From contig CBDANF010000002.1 of NCBI GenBank assembly GCA_965197475.1, positions 32,001-96,000 on the forward strand: a stretch of DNA of 64,000 nucleotides, written 5' to 3'. The position numbers and the translations under genes are program-made. The stretch comes from Candidatus Poribacteria bacterium. GTDB lineage: Bacteria > Poribacteria > WGA-4E > WGA-3G. Positions 16,570-26,210 of the stretch are shown in pieces. The first letter of the stretch is position 1, and each line of letters begins with the position of its first letter. Below the pieces are notes generated by a model. It did no database searches, was not told the origin of the DNA, and saw nothing but the letters and a program-made list of their open reading frames with translations.

Positions 16570-19134
16570 CTATAGTCTTGGATCAACTGTTTCACTTTCA
16601 AGTGCTAAAACGCCGAAAACACATTCATGAACTTTGGACAACGGTTCACGATGCACAAACCGTTCAAGTGCCTCTACACCTAATACAAATTCTCGGATTG
16701 CAAGCGAACGTTTGTGAGACAATCCTCTGGATCGGAGACGTTCTAAATTGTGGGGTAATGTATATTCGGGCCCGTAAATTATACGGAGGTATTCTCTTCC
16801 TCGACACTTAACAGCAGGTTGAACCAGTCCGCGTTTACCTTTAACAGCAAAGTCCAACGGTTTGATGACAATGCCTTCACCCCCTTGTGCGGTAAGTTCT
16901 TCCCATTGACAGATTGCTTTAGTTTCACTATCTTGGTCAGTTAGATCAACCGTGCCATAAGAAGTTGCAAACAATAACTCATTTTCAGAACTGTCACAAA
17001 GTTTGGAAAGCATTTCTATATGCCAAAGATGGTTCTTATCAATATGCACTGTTCCTTCGGTCGCCAACAGATGGAACGGAGCGAGTTTCAGGTCTGCGAT
17101 AGATTGCACGTTCCAACAATACCGCTGATATGCTTTGACGTATTCGCTAACTACAATAGTGCGTTGCTGATAACCTTCCAATATATCATTCACTTGAACA
17201 CCCCTTTTCTCTGCGGCTTCTAACGAAGCAACCACATCTTCAATGGCAACACGTGCGGATGCCCCAACCGGCGCGTACTGTTGCTGCAATAACGCTTGCG
17301 CTTTTACAGACCATGGCATTAACTCACAATCAAGACAGAGCCAATCCGTGTTCAAGGTTTCCCAATATCCAGCCTTATCTACTGCTTGTTTCACTTGTGT
17401 TAGCAGTTCATTTTCCATCAAGGCATCGTCAAAAAAAGGTCTGCCGGTCCGTGTGTAACACACGCCAAGTGTATCGTCCGAGATGCCAAAACGCTTCTTT
17501 GTAGTTTCAGAGGTTTGGCATACAATCACAACGGCACGAGACCCCATGTGTTTCTCCTGCCAGACGACTTGGGATATACCCTGATTCCGATAATAAGCAA
17601 AGCCTTCAACTGGATGTTCAAGTAGGTTTGGAATTTTAGTAGTTTCGGTTGGAGACATCGTCGGAGGTAGATAGATGAGCCATTTTGGGTCTACTGCAAA
17701 ACGACTGATAACCTCAAGCGCGGTGATGGTGTTCTCCTCACGAATTGTTACGTTGTGATTTAACCCGGTGCTAATCACACGTCTACCTAATACATCATTA
17801 ATGTCTAAGATTCCTTCATCAGGTTGTATTTCTAATGAAGTCTGTTTATCCGTTTTTTCAAGGAGCGGTTTCGCTGGTTCATAATAGGTCTTGTGAGCGG
17901 GGACAGAGACGAGTTTTTTTTCAGGATACCGCAATGCTGTCAGATTACCACCGAAAACGCACCCTGTGTCAATGTTGATTGTGCGATTTATCCATTGCGG
18001 TTCCGCAACCGGAGTATGTCCGTAAACAACAGTAGCACCGCCCCGGTATTCTTCCGCCCAATTAAGGCGAATAGGTAATCCGAATTCATCCGTCTCCCCG
18101 GTGGTTTCGCCGTAAAGCGCGAATTCTCGGACGCGTCCGGATGCCCTTCCTTGAAATTCCGCCTTCATTCCAGCATGGGCAATGACAAGTTTACCATTGT
18201 CGAAAACATAGTGGCTCACTAAACCCTCAATAAATTCCGTTATATCTGTCTTAAATTCTGGCGATTCATTTTCTAATTGGGATAGCGATTCTGCTAAACC
18301 GTGCGTCGGATTAACATTTTTGCCGCGAAGCGCACGGGCAAGTTTGGCATCATGATTCCCCGGAACGCAAATTGCAATGCCTGTCTTTTGCATCTGCATG
18401 ATCAATCTTAGCACTTCAACAACCTTTGGACCTCGGTCAACATAATCCCCTACGAAAATAACCTTTCTACCATGCAGAGAATTAATAACATGAATTCCGT
18501 CCTCATTTGTTGCTATTTCATATCCGAGTTTTGTGAGTAATTCAACAAGTTCATCAAAACAACCGTGTACGTCACCAATTATGTCAAATGGGCCGTGTTC
18601 TTCCATCCGATTTGTCCATAAAGGTTGGCGTTCAACTTTGACATTATCAACTTCTTCCGGGGAAGACATTACATAAACGAAATTCCGAAAACCTTCGCGC
18701 TTAAGGGCACGTAGTGATCTACGGAGTTGGCTGGTCTGCCTACGAACAACATGCTGTCCAAAATCTCGGTCAGGACGAGATTCGTTTCTTTCGTGACAGA
18801 GTTTTGGCGAAATGTTTAGGACAATGGCAGCAGTTAGATAGTGATATTCGCGAGCCAGTACATGCAGCGATTTCCGCGCATCAGGTTGAACATTTGTCGC
18901 ATCAATCACTGTCAATTTCCCAGCGACGAGACGTTTCGCAGCGATATAATGTAGCACATCAAACGCATCGTTCGATGCAGATTGATCGTTTTCGTCATCC
19001 GAAACAAGCCCACGGCAGAAATCTGATGAGAGGATCTCAGTCGGCTTAAAATGCTTCTGAGCAAAAGTAGACTTGCCGGAACCTGAAGGTCCAATGAGAA
19101 TTACAAGTGAAGGATCAGGAATTTTGATTAGCAT
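16570..19134 (-). CDS. pnkp: Polynucleotide kinase-phosphatase-ligase (bacterial Pnkp)
   Basis: N-terminal P-loop GPSGSGKST; metallophosphoesterase GDVHG/GDYVDRG/GNHD/GHT; ligase EKHMGSR, EGIVIKP, KCRGREYLRIIYG, C-terminal DPRL. Confidence 0.95.
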   Translation of the reverse strand: MLIKIPDPSLVILIGPSGSGKSTFAQKHFKPTEILSSDFCRGLVSDDENDQSASNDAFDVLHYIAAKRLVAGKLTVIDATNVQPDARKSLHVLAREYHYLTAAIVLNISPKLCHERNESRPDRDFGQHVVRRQTSQLRRSLRALKREGFRNFVYVMSSPEEVDNVKVERQPLWTNRMEEHGPFDIIGDVHGCFDELVELLTKLGYEIATNEDGIHVINSLHGRKVIFVGDYVDRGPKVVEVLRLIMQMQKTGIAICVPGNHDAKLARALRGKNVNPTHGLAESLSQLENESPEFKTDITEFIEGLVSHYVFDNGKLVIAHAGMKAEFQGRASGRVREFALYGETTGETDEFGLPIRLNWAEEYRGGATVVYGHTPVAEPQWINRTINIDTGCVFGGNLTALRYPEKKLVSVPAHKTYYEPAKPLLEKTDKQTSLEIQPDEGILDINDVLGRRVISTGLNHNVTIREENTITALEVISRFAVDPKWLIYLPPTMSPTETTKIPNLLEHPVEGFAYYRNQGISQVVWQEKHMGSRAVVIVCQTSETTKKRFGISDDTLGVCYTRTGRPFFDDALMENELLTQVKQAVDKAGYWETLNTDWLCLDCELMPWSVKAQALLQQQYAPVGASARVAIEDVVASLEAAEKRGVQVNDILEGYQQRTIVVSEYVKAYQRYCWNVQSIADLKLAPFHLLATEGTVHIDKNHLWHIEMLSKLCDSSENELLFATSYGTVDLTDQDSETKAICQWEELTAQGGEGIVIKPLDFAVKGKRGLVQPAVKCRGREYLRIIYGPEYTLPHNLERLRSRGLSHKRSLAIREFVLGVEALERFVHREPLSKVHECVFGVLALESETVDPRL

Positions 19135-19243
19135 TTCTTCTAAAAATCATCCCAAATACGTTTATCTGACCAATGTAGCAAATATTTTTCAGAACCATTC
19201 AATTCTCGCAAAACTTTCTTGTAGGAGGGGTTTCTAACCCCGA

Positions 19244-20644
19244 TTATCCCACACTTTCACGGGTAAACACTGCCATCTGAGTCGGTGTACCAACGTCTTC
19301 CTCTGTTTCTCCGATTGGATGGAACACAACAGTATAACCGAAACGTTTGGAGATATCTGATGCCCACGACTGAAATTCAGACCGTGTCCATTCAAATCGG
19401 TGATCTTTGTGTCGAAATCTGCCTGCTGGCAGATTCTCAAACTTAACGTTATATTCTACGTTCGGCGTTGTCAATACAACCGTTTGAGGACAGGCATACT
19501 CAAATAGAACCCTTTCAAAAGCCAAAAGTCGAGGTGAATCTAAATGTTCAATAACCTCTATTACAGCTGCAGCATCGTATCCAGCCAGGCGGCGATCTCG
19601 ATAGCAGAGCGATCCTTGGAAAAGTTGAAGCCGTTCTTTCTGCTTATCTGGCAATCGATCATAATGCAGTCGCTGATAGGCAATTTTCAGTGATTGATGT
19701 GAAACATCCATCCCAACAATTTCTTCAAACTGCTTTTCTGCCATCAATTTGCGAAGGAGTTTTCCTTCACCACACCCTAAATCCAGAATACGTTTTGCTC
19801 CAGATTCTTTGATAACTTCTGTCGCCTGAGTCAAACGAATTTCGTTCAGACCAATACGTTCTTCAATCTGCGCTCCGTCTTGTGTATTCGTCTCTTCATC
19901 AACATCATCTGTTTCACCCAATTGGAAAAGTGCTTGATGGGTAAGCCTGCGTTGATGTTTTAGATAACGACTAACAATTGATTCCCGTTCTGGATGATCG
20001 GAAAGCCAATCATCACCGTGTCTTAACAGTTTTTCTATCTCTGCTTCGTCAACCCAATAGTGTTTTTCATCGTCAAGTACGGGAATTAAAACATAAAGGT
20101 GTGTTAAGAGTTCGCTCAAACGGCAATTATTTTCAAAGGTGACGCTAAAATAACGACTCTCACCCCAATCTGGGAACTGTACGTCTAATCCGTGTCGTTT
20201 GACGTTTACAGTATACCCAAGCGGCTCAAAAAGCCGTCTCAACAGTCTTTCGCCGCCCCTACACGGTAACGTAGACAACTTTGCAGATAAAGGTATAGGT
20301 GTTTCTGCAAGTTCAGGACATTCTTTGCTTCTGCCTGACATTGCACTGCTGAATACCTTGGCGATTGCTACGCTCATAAATGAGGATGCAACATAAGGAC
20401 GGTCATTGACGTATTCAGCTAAGACGAAGTTTTGGTGAATCTGTCCTTGATGTCGGCGCACAAGACCAACGGGATCAATTTCAAGTAGTAGGGCTACGGT
20501 GCATCTCTCAGCACGCGCCTCCGGATAAAAGACGTGGGCTTTTCCGAAGGCAATCTCAAAGGATTGAAGACGCTCAGGGTGTTTATGCAACAGAAATCCA
20601 AGGTCTGTCGCAGGAGAATATGTTGTCGTTATTGTCAAAAGCAT
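19244..20644 (-). CDS. hen1: 3'-terminal RNA ribose 2'-O-methyltransferase Hen1
   Basis: ATDLGFLLHKHP, YVNDRPY, KHYWV (ligase-activating domain); LDLGCGEG, EVIEH, TTPN.EYN, RH.DHRFEW (methyltransferase); directly upstream of pnkp. Confidence 0.95.
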   Translation of the reverse strand: MLLTITTTYSPATDLGFLLHKHPERLQSFEIAFGKAHVFYPEARAERCTVALLLEIDPVGLVRRHQGQIHQNFVLAEYVNDRPYVASSFMSVAIAKVFSSAMSGRSKECPELAETPIPLSAKLSTLPCRGGERLLRRLFEPLGYTVNVKRHGLDVQFPDWGESRYFSVTFENNCRLSELLTHLYVLIPVLDDEKHYWVDEAEIEKLLRHGDDWLSDHPERESIVSRYLKHQRRLTHQALFQLGETDDVDEETNTQDGAQIEERIGLNEIRLTQATEVIKESGAKRILDLGCGEGKLLRKLMAEKQFEEIVGMDVSHQSLKIAYQRLHYDRLPDKQKERLQLFQGSLCYRDRRLAGYDAAAVIEVIEHLDSPRLLAFERVLFEYACPQTVVLTTPNVEYNVKFENLPAGRFRHKDHRFEWTRSEFQSWASDISKRFGYTVVFHPIGETEEDVGTPTQMAVFTRESVG

Positions 20645-20782
20645 TACTGACAGATTTTATGGGTTGATCTGGTAGCAGATTCAAAATTATGTTGTATTCC
20701 CCGATCGTGTATCCGCAAGTAGATATTCAAATGCCGCACAAGCATCGGGAGATAGAGAAATTAAATTACATCAGCGTTCATT

Positions 20783-20811
20783 ATTATATCTTCTTTTCTA
20801 CTTTCTGTCAA
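20783..20811 (-). promoter_or_regulatory. Consensus sigma70 promoter for hen1-pnkp
   Basis: Minus strand TTGACA-17 bp-TATAAT. Confidence 0.75.
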
Positions 20812-20841
20812 GTTTTTTGAGAGTTCATTTGTTGTTTGGAT

Positions 20842-20870
20842 TTGACTATATTCACTGAATGTGGTATATT
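20842..20870 (+). promoter_or_regulatory. Divergent sigma70 promoter for the YbiB/TrpD-like gene
   Basis: TTGACT-17 bp-TATATT. Confidence 0.6.
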
Positions 20871-20906
20871 AAATCAACCTGATACTGAGAGTAGAGGAAT
20901 ATAAAG

Positions 20907-22361
20907 ATGTATACCCCACAATATCCCGGTCCCAACCTTGATCTGCTGGAAGCGCAAGCGAGAGTTTGCACCGGTCCACACCAAACGCGTCCCTTAGGCA
21001 AGAAAGCCTCCGATGGACCGCAACCTGATGCTATCCTCAAAACCATTCTAAAGTCCTTGAAAGGTGAGTTAGCGGAAACAGAGGCGGTTTCAGAAGCACA
21101 GATGGGATCGTTCTTTGTAGCGATGACGCTCCGAAAGTATTTTCCTGAAGCAACGCAGTGGTCTCAAGCTGAGAAAGCAGCATTTCAGAAATACCGACCC
21201 ACATTACTGCCACGTTTGCCGAATGAGATACAATTTCTTGTAAACCCTGAACTTGGATTTGTTCCGACAAATAAGACAGAAGCCATTGTTGTCACGGCTT
21301 TGGAAAAGATATTAAGGGCAAAACATTTAAGTTATACTGAAACGCGTCAGATGTGTGAGGCAATCCTTACTGATGATGTTAAACCTGCCCTCAAAGGTGC
21401 TGCACTTATTGGACAACGCATGAATCGAGAAACCTACGAGGAGGTGCGCGGATATCTTGATGCCTATTTCGGACCGGAACAGGTACGTCCAATTGATGTA
21501 GATAGTCTCACCCATTTTGGGCAACCTTACGATGGCGCAACACGCTATTTTCGTCCAACGTTATTTGTTGCAGCAGTTCGAGCAGCGTTGGGAGAACCCT
21601 CGCTTCTTCATAGTGTTGATATGATGCCGCCGAAAAATGGTGTAACCGAAGAGGCGATTTTGCAAGCACTCGGCGCAAAAACTGACCTATCTCTTGAACA
21701 GACTGCCGCACTCATTACGAATAAATCGGTTGGATTTGGATACATCAGCCAGCGCGAGTATTCGCCTGGGGCTTATGGTATACGGGAGTTGCGGGTGCAT
21801 ATCAAGAAACGTCCACCGTGGGCTGCTACTGAGAAAGCACAACAGTTCTTTTCTGCGCGTCGCGCAAACTACATGGTGCTTGGCTATTATCATATCGGTT
21901 ATGAAAAGCCTTTACTTCAAATGGCGTTGGAACGTGGGTTTCAAGGGGCAGTCGCAATTAAAGGAGAGGAAGGTACGAGTCATTACGCACTCCGCCTTGG
22001 AAAACCTTCTACTCCCGATAGGATGGCAGTGAATTATTCTCAAGGATTCAGATACGTTAATGGGAAACGTGAAGATTTTGCTTTGGACATTGATCCGAAA
22101 ACTTATGGATTTGAGTATGCGCTGAATCCGCGTCCTGACACCGTTAGCGCGGATGCCTTCGCTGAAGCAGGAATAGCAGCATTATCCGGTGAAAAAGGGC
22201 ATATTTACGATAGAATTCTGCTCAATACGGCAATGGTGGATTATCTGTTAGGAATTTGTCCTGATCCGCATCATGCTATCAAGCGCGCAAAGTGGGCAAT
22301 GGATGATGGTAGTGCTTTGAGACATTTGCAGGCGTATATGACTGCAAGTCAGGAATTTTAA
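20907..22361 (+). CDS. Anthranilate phosphoribosyltransferase-like protein (YbiB/TrpD2 type)
   Basis: AQMGSF, GQRMNRET, GQPYDG.TR, PPKNGVT, KGEEG; lacks the canonical TrpD GTGGD motif. Confidence 0.75.
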   Translation: MYTPQYPGPNLDLLEAQARVCTGPHQTRPLGKKASDGPQPDAILKTILKSLKGELAETEAVSEAQMGSFFVAMTLRKYFPEATQWSQAEKAAFQKYRPTLLPRLPNEIQFLVNPELGFVPTNKTEAIVVTALEKILRAKHLSYTETRQMCEAILTDDVKPALKGAALIGQRMNRETYEEVRGYLDAYFGPEQVRPIDVDSLTHFGQPYDGATRYFRPTLFVAAVRAALGEPSLLHSVDMMPPKNGVTEEAILQALGAKTDLSLEQTAALITNKSVGFGYISQREYSPGAYGIRELRVHIKKRPPWAATEKAQQFFSARRANYMVLGYYHIGYEKPLLQMALERGFQGAVAIKGEEGTSHYALRLGKPSTPDRMAVNYSQGFRYVNGKREDFALDIDPKTYGFEYALNPRPDTVSADAFAEAGIAALSGEKGHIYDRILLNTAMVDYLLGICPDPHHAIKRAKWAMDDGSALRHLQAYMTASQEF

Positions 22362-22493
22362 CAATTGGTATGAAAATACATCAAGAAGTGAATTACAACC
22401 ACCGATCAATCTACTAACTCAACATAAATTTACGCAATAAGTAGTTTTGGGATTTTGCATTTTTCAAAATATTTTGCAAATTTCAAATTGCAA

Positions 22494-22547
22494 TTAATCA
22501 TAACAAAATTGCAATAAAATTAATTAATGCAATTTTGTTATGATTAA
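22494..22547. terminator. AT-rich perfect 20-bp hairpin between convergent genes (probable bidirectional terminator)
   Basis: TTAATCATAACAAAATTGCA(22494-513)/TGCAATTTTGTTATGATTAA(22528-547). Confidence 0.55.
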
Positions 22548-22549
22548 AC

Positions 22550-22768
22550 CTACACTCCGCACTTCTGATTCCGATTTTCGGTATTTATTTCTCAAACCTG
22601 CGTGGTCCCTACATTGAGTAAGCAATTTTAGGTGAACCGGAAAAAAGACAAGTGGAAAATGGACTCTTAATTCACAACTCCAAATCTTCCCTATCCTGTG
22701 CAAATCCTTTCGTAACGCGGGTTTGTCGTAAAAATACCAAAATGTGTCAAAACAAGTGCGGAGTGTAG
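22550..22768. mobile_element. MITE or internally deleted IS (219 bp)
   Basis: 15-bp TIRs CTACACTCCGCACTT/AAGTGCGGAGTGTAG; flanks GATTAAAC/GATTAAAT (8-bp TSD, one mismatch); no ORF. Confidence 0.8.
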
Positions 22769-22787
22769 GATTAAATTATTATTGATT

Positions 22788-23450
22788 TTATTCAAAGATA
22801 CTGATTAGACGACCTATATAAAAACCCGCTATTGTATCAGATTTATCTTCTAAAGTCATACAAGGATTGTCTAATTCACCTTTTCCAGTTATTTCTATAA
22901 TCACTTCAAAATTATACTCCGTTAGAAGCGTTCCAAAAGTAGTATGTTTGATCACATTACTATCAATTGACGGATCTAAATAAATGCGAACTTTAAAAGG
23001 GTCTTCAAAATAAGGTCCGTCTTCAGAATTTTCGTTACCTATCCAAAACTCATTCATCCACTCATCGGCTCGTATTCTGCCGTGAAAATAAATATACTTA
23101 CCATCAGCAGGACAAATAAGAGCTTCACCTACAACCATTTTATATTTACCAGAACTTAACTCGTATTTTCCATCAATTAATTTTCCGCCTGGATAATATT
23201 TTTCATCAATTAATTTTCCGCTTGGATCGTATTTTCCATCAATCAATTTTCCACTTGTTGTTATTGCTGGTAATTCTATATCAGGATATGGTATAGTTTC
23301 TAATTCTATACCTTTATTTTCCAAATCTAATTCAGGATTGCCAACTATACTGTCTGTACTATCTTGATTACAGGATACAACCATTAAAAACGATGTAAAA
23401 ACTAAAATACAATTTATAGTTCGGAAACCTATAAGTCTAATCCTTTTCAT
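22788..23450 (-). CDS. Hypothetical lipoprotein with three 11-aa tandem repeats
   Basis: MKRIRL...VVSC lipobox; RBS GAGG before ATG 23450; (S/G)GKLID(G/E)KY repeats; AT-rich. Confidence 0.65.
   Translation of the reverse strand: MKRIRLIGFRTINCILVFTSFLMVVSCNQDSTDSIVGNPELDLENKGIELETIPYPDIELPAITTSGKLIDGKYDPSGKLIDEKYYPGGKLIDGKYELSSGKYKMVVGEALICPADGKYIYFHGRIRADEWMNEFWIGNENSEDGPYFEDPFKVRIYLDPSIDSNVIKHTTFGTLLTEYNFEVIIEITGKGELDNPCMTLEDKSDTIAGFYIGRLISIFE
23161..23256. repeat. 33-bp coding tandem repeat, three copies
   Basis: Units TCGTATTTTCCATCAATTAATTTTCCGCCTGGA-like start at 23161, 23194 and 23227. Confidence 0.85.
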
Positions 23451-23542
23451 TTTATATTCCTCTTTATAGATGTGAGGAATAGCTGCCATCCCTTGAACAA
23501 AGAAATATATCTTATTTAGTTTAATTCGTCAATATTACAATA

Positions 23543-24580
23543 GACATTATAACTAATTAGTTGTCCGTTTGGTTAGTCTCTATTATACTTATTACAATCG
23601 GACAATAGGAGGCTAACTCATGATAAGTTTTCAAGAACTAAGGGACAAACCTGATACGCTCCTGTCCCTCACCGGATATACCTTAGAAGATTGGACTGAA
23701 CTATCACCTTATTTTACTAAATGTTTTTTAGAGTATGTTCAAACACATACCCTTGAAGGAAAACCGCGCAAAAAACGGAGATATAAACCGTATAAAAATA
23801 GTCGTTTTGATACACCTGAAGATATGTTGCTATTTATACTGATTTACCTTCGTGAAGCACCGAAACAAGTGCTATTCGGTGCGCTCTTTGGCATGTCTCA
23901 ACCTCTTGCTAATAGATGGATTCACTTGCTTTTATCAATATTGAACAAAGCATTAGCAAAACTTGGAGAGTTGCCATCTCGGGAAACAGACCCCGCCCCT
24001 ATATGTGCTCCATCAAAAGTATCAACTCAAAATCAAGAAGGAGAACATTTTTTTCATGATAGCACCGAACGCCCGATACGATGCCCCAAAGACCCACAAA
24101 CTCAAAAGGGTTATTATAGTGGTAAAAAGAAATGTCATACAGTGAAAAATAATCTGATTATCAATGAGACCTGCAAAGTTGTCCTATTGACACCTTCTTT
24201 GAAGGGAGATATCATGACAAACACATAGCCGATATGGTGGGCTATTGTGTGCCACAGGGTAGCACATTGTCCCAAGATACCGGTTTTCAGGGTTTCGTTC
24301 TCCCGGATATAAACATCATTCAACCGAAGAAAAAACCGAGAGGTAGAGAACGGACGAATGAAGAAAAAGAAAACAATAGAAAGATAGCGTCTATACGCAT
24401 ACGCGTTGAACATGCGATTAGTGGTGTCAAAAGATGCCGCATTGTCAAAGATAAACTCAGGAATTGGAAGAAAGGGTTTTGTGATTTAGTTATGGAAACC
24501 TATTATGGTTTACACAATTTTCGCCTAAACTTCAGACCCTGGCGTTATGAAACTCCTGTTATTTAAATCATTATAATGTC
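23543..24580 (+). mobile_element. IS5-superfamily (ISL2-like, DDE_Tnp_4) insertion sequence
   Basis: TIRs GACATTATAA/TTATAATGTC, each flanked by TA (probable TSD); contains a frameshifted transposase. Confidence 0.8.
23620..24566 (+). pseudogene. Frameshifted IS5/ISL2-like transposase
   Basis: HTH, D(S)TERP and YSGKKK.HT.K in ORF1; FEGRYHDK...QDTGFQG...RIRVEHAI...LHNFR in the shifted frame; break near 24195. Confidence 0.85.
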
Positions 24581-24582
24581 TA

Positions 24583-24689
24583 TTATCCCAAATATTGTTA
24601 TGGGTTATGTTTTGAGCAAAAAGCACCGTAACACAAATGACTGTTGTTAAAATAAGTGACATGATCGTATAATCTACTATCCTTTTCAT
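24583..24689 (-). pseudogene. Signal-peptide N-terminus of a secreted protein, interrupted by the IS5-like element
   Basis: GAGGAGG RBS and ATG 24689 overlapping the upstream stop; MKRIVDYTIMSLILTTVICVTVLFAQNITHNNIWDN; positional paralogue of the gene starting at 26728. Confidence 0.6.
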
Positions 24690-25504
24690 GGGTTTACCTC
24701 CTCAGGTTTTTGTAAATCTAAAAATTTGTAGGGGTCAATACCCTCATCAAAACTTAAAATTTCTAAGTAAGAAGGAATCTCTGTTATTGTTTCTGGCCTC
24801 TCTTCTCCTCTACTTAGACTTAAAAGATCATTAGTCATAGCGTCAAATTGATCTTCTATGGAAGGAAAATCATCAGGATGACCAAGATACCGAGTTGCTT
24901 CTCTTACCATAGTACCATCTGAACTAACTACTTCACGATATTTGACATAGACCTTTCCTTGAATAATTGGATAAACCAACCCATTGTCACCAAAACTAAT
25001 ACCTCTAACGCGTTCACCCTGTTTCCACAATTTAATCCAAACACGCATGAGTAATTCATGGCCTTCTGAGAAACCTTTAAAAGAGAATTTTCCAGCGGGA
25101 AAATCTTCAGGAATCTCAGGATAAGGACCAAACCCGTAAGGAGAAACACGTACCTTGCGCGTCTTTGTTTTAGACGAGGCAGCATTATTCACTGCACCAC
25201 TGGTTTTAGTCTTTTCAGAACCAGTGTTTGACTCTTCAGTGGTATCTTCGTTGACGAATGCCGTTTCTACATTTTCATCCCACTCGTCCTGAACGATTTC
25301 TCCGGTAGGGGTAGTTCGTTTCATTACTGCTTCTGTACCGTTTTTTTCATCTTCCAGTTGAGCAATGAATGCCTCATGTGCTTCTGTCTCCTTTTGGATC
25401 TTTGCCATTTCATTTTGATACCAGAGCAAACATCCGATGGAGCAGATAACACACAAGATGAAAGCCCCGAGGAACCACTTGTTAACTAAAACATCCCGGT
25501 ACAT
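24686..25504 (-). CDS. Membrane-anchored hypothetical protein, cassette copy A
   Basis: N-terminal TM, coiled/low-complexity linker, domain VSPYGFGPYPEIP...EGIDPYKFLDL; paralogue of 26742-27524. Confidence 0.8.
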   Translation of the reverse strand: MYRDVLVNKWFLGAFILCVICSIGCLLWYQNEMAKIQKETEAHEAFIAQLEDEKNGTEAVMKRTTPTGEIVQDEWDENVETAFVNEDTTEESNTGSEKTKTSGAVNNAASSKTKTRKVRVSPYGFGPYPEIPEDFPAGKFSFKGFSEGHELLMRVWIKLWKQGERVRGISFGDNGLVYPIIQGKVYVKYREVVSSDGTMVREATRYLGHPDDFPSIEDQFDAMTNDLLSLSRGEERPETITEIPSYLEILSFDEGIDPYKFLDLQKPEEVNP

Positions 25505-25733
25505 TTTCGTTTCCTTTTATCAAATTTGCCAACAAAATTTATCTTCTATCGTCGCGCATAGTCTGCGGATTGAATAATAGAAGGAACACGCATCAAAATC
25601 AATCTTAAATGCTTTACGGCATTCAACGAGAACGATCCGATGCAACAACAAAAGCCCGCGACAATATGCCTCGTTTGAGACGAAGTACGTGCGGGCGCGA
25701 AAATATCGCAGCATATAATTCCTACGATAAGAC

Positions 25734-25834
25734 CTTATAACCTAAATTTCAGCAAATGTCAAATTTAATTTACGAAATTTCACGTTTTTTAACCATTTTT
25801 GCCAAATTATACACGCGAATTTTGTTTTTGTCAA
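25734..25834 (-). promoter_or_regulatory. Two tandem sigma70 promoters upstream of cassette A
   Basis: TTGACA-17-TATAAT (25806-25834) and TTGACA-17-TATAAG (25734-25762), both on the minus strand. Confidence 0.7.
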
Positions 25835-25851
25835 ATTAAATTCCGAAAATC

Positions 25852-26210
25852 TCACCATTCACCTTCCTTGAAGTCTTGACTTTGTAATCCGTAACTCTGC
25901 ATTCGGTGCTGCAGCTGACGGCGAGAAATACCCAACAATTCTGCCGCTTTGGTTTGATTACCGTTCGTTTTTGTTAAAGCTGCATACACATATTCCTTGA
26001 TAATATCATCCAAGGCAATGCCACCTTCAGGGATGTCAATCTCAAAATCGGTGAACGGTAGTGAAGTATCCAAAATTTCGGGAGGCAATTGATCTAAGTC
26101 AATGGATGCGTTTTCGGACAAAACATAGATACGATGTAGGTAGTTTTCCAATTGGCGCACGTTCCCGGGCCAATGAAAACGGCACAGGGCAGACATTGCG
26201 CGCGGTGTAA
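25852..26210 (-). pseudogene. Duplicated 3' end (AAA+ lid and Fis-HTH) of the NtrC-family regulator
   Basis: Near-identical to 27889-28247; similarity ends abruptly at GGTGTAA (26204-10). Confidence 0.88.

Noticed and set aside
24180-24240. Programmed frameshift in the IS5-like transposase
   Set aside because: No slippery A-run or heptamer at the break; a 1-nt deletion or sequencing error is simpler.
25505-25850. Sigma54 -24/-12 promoter upstream of the cassettes
   Set aside because: The best candidate (GGCATATTGTCGC) has GG-N9-GC spacing rather than N10. Clear sigma70 promoters are present instead, so control by the NtrC-type regulator is unproven.
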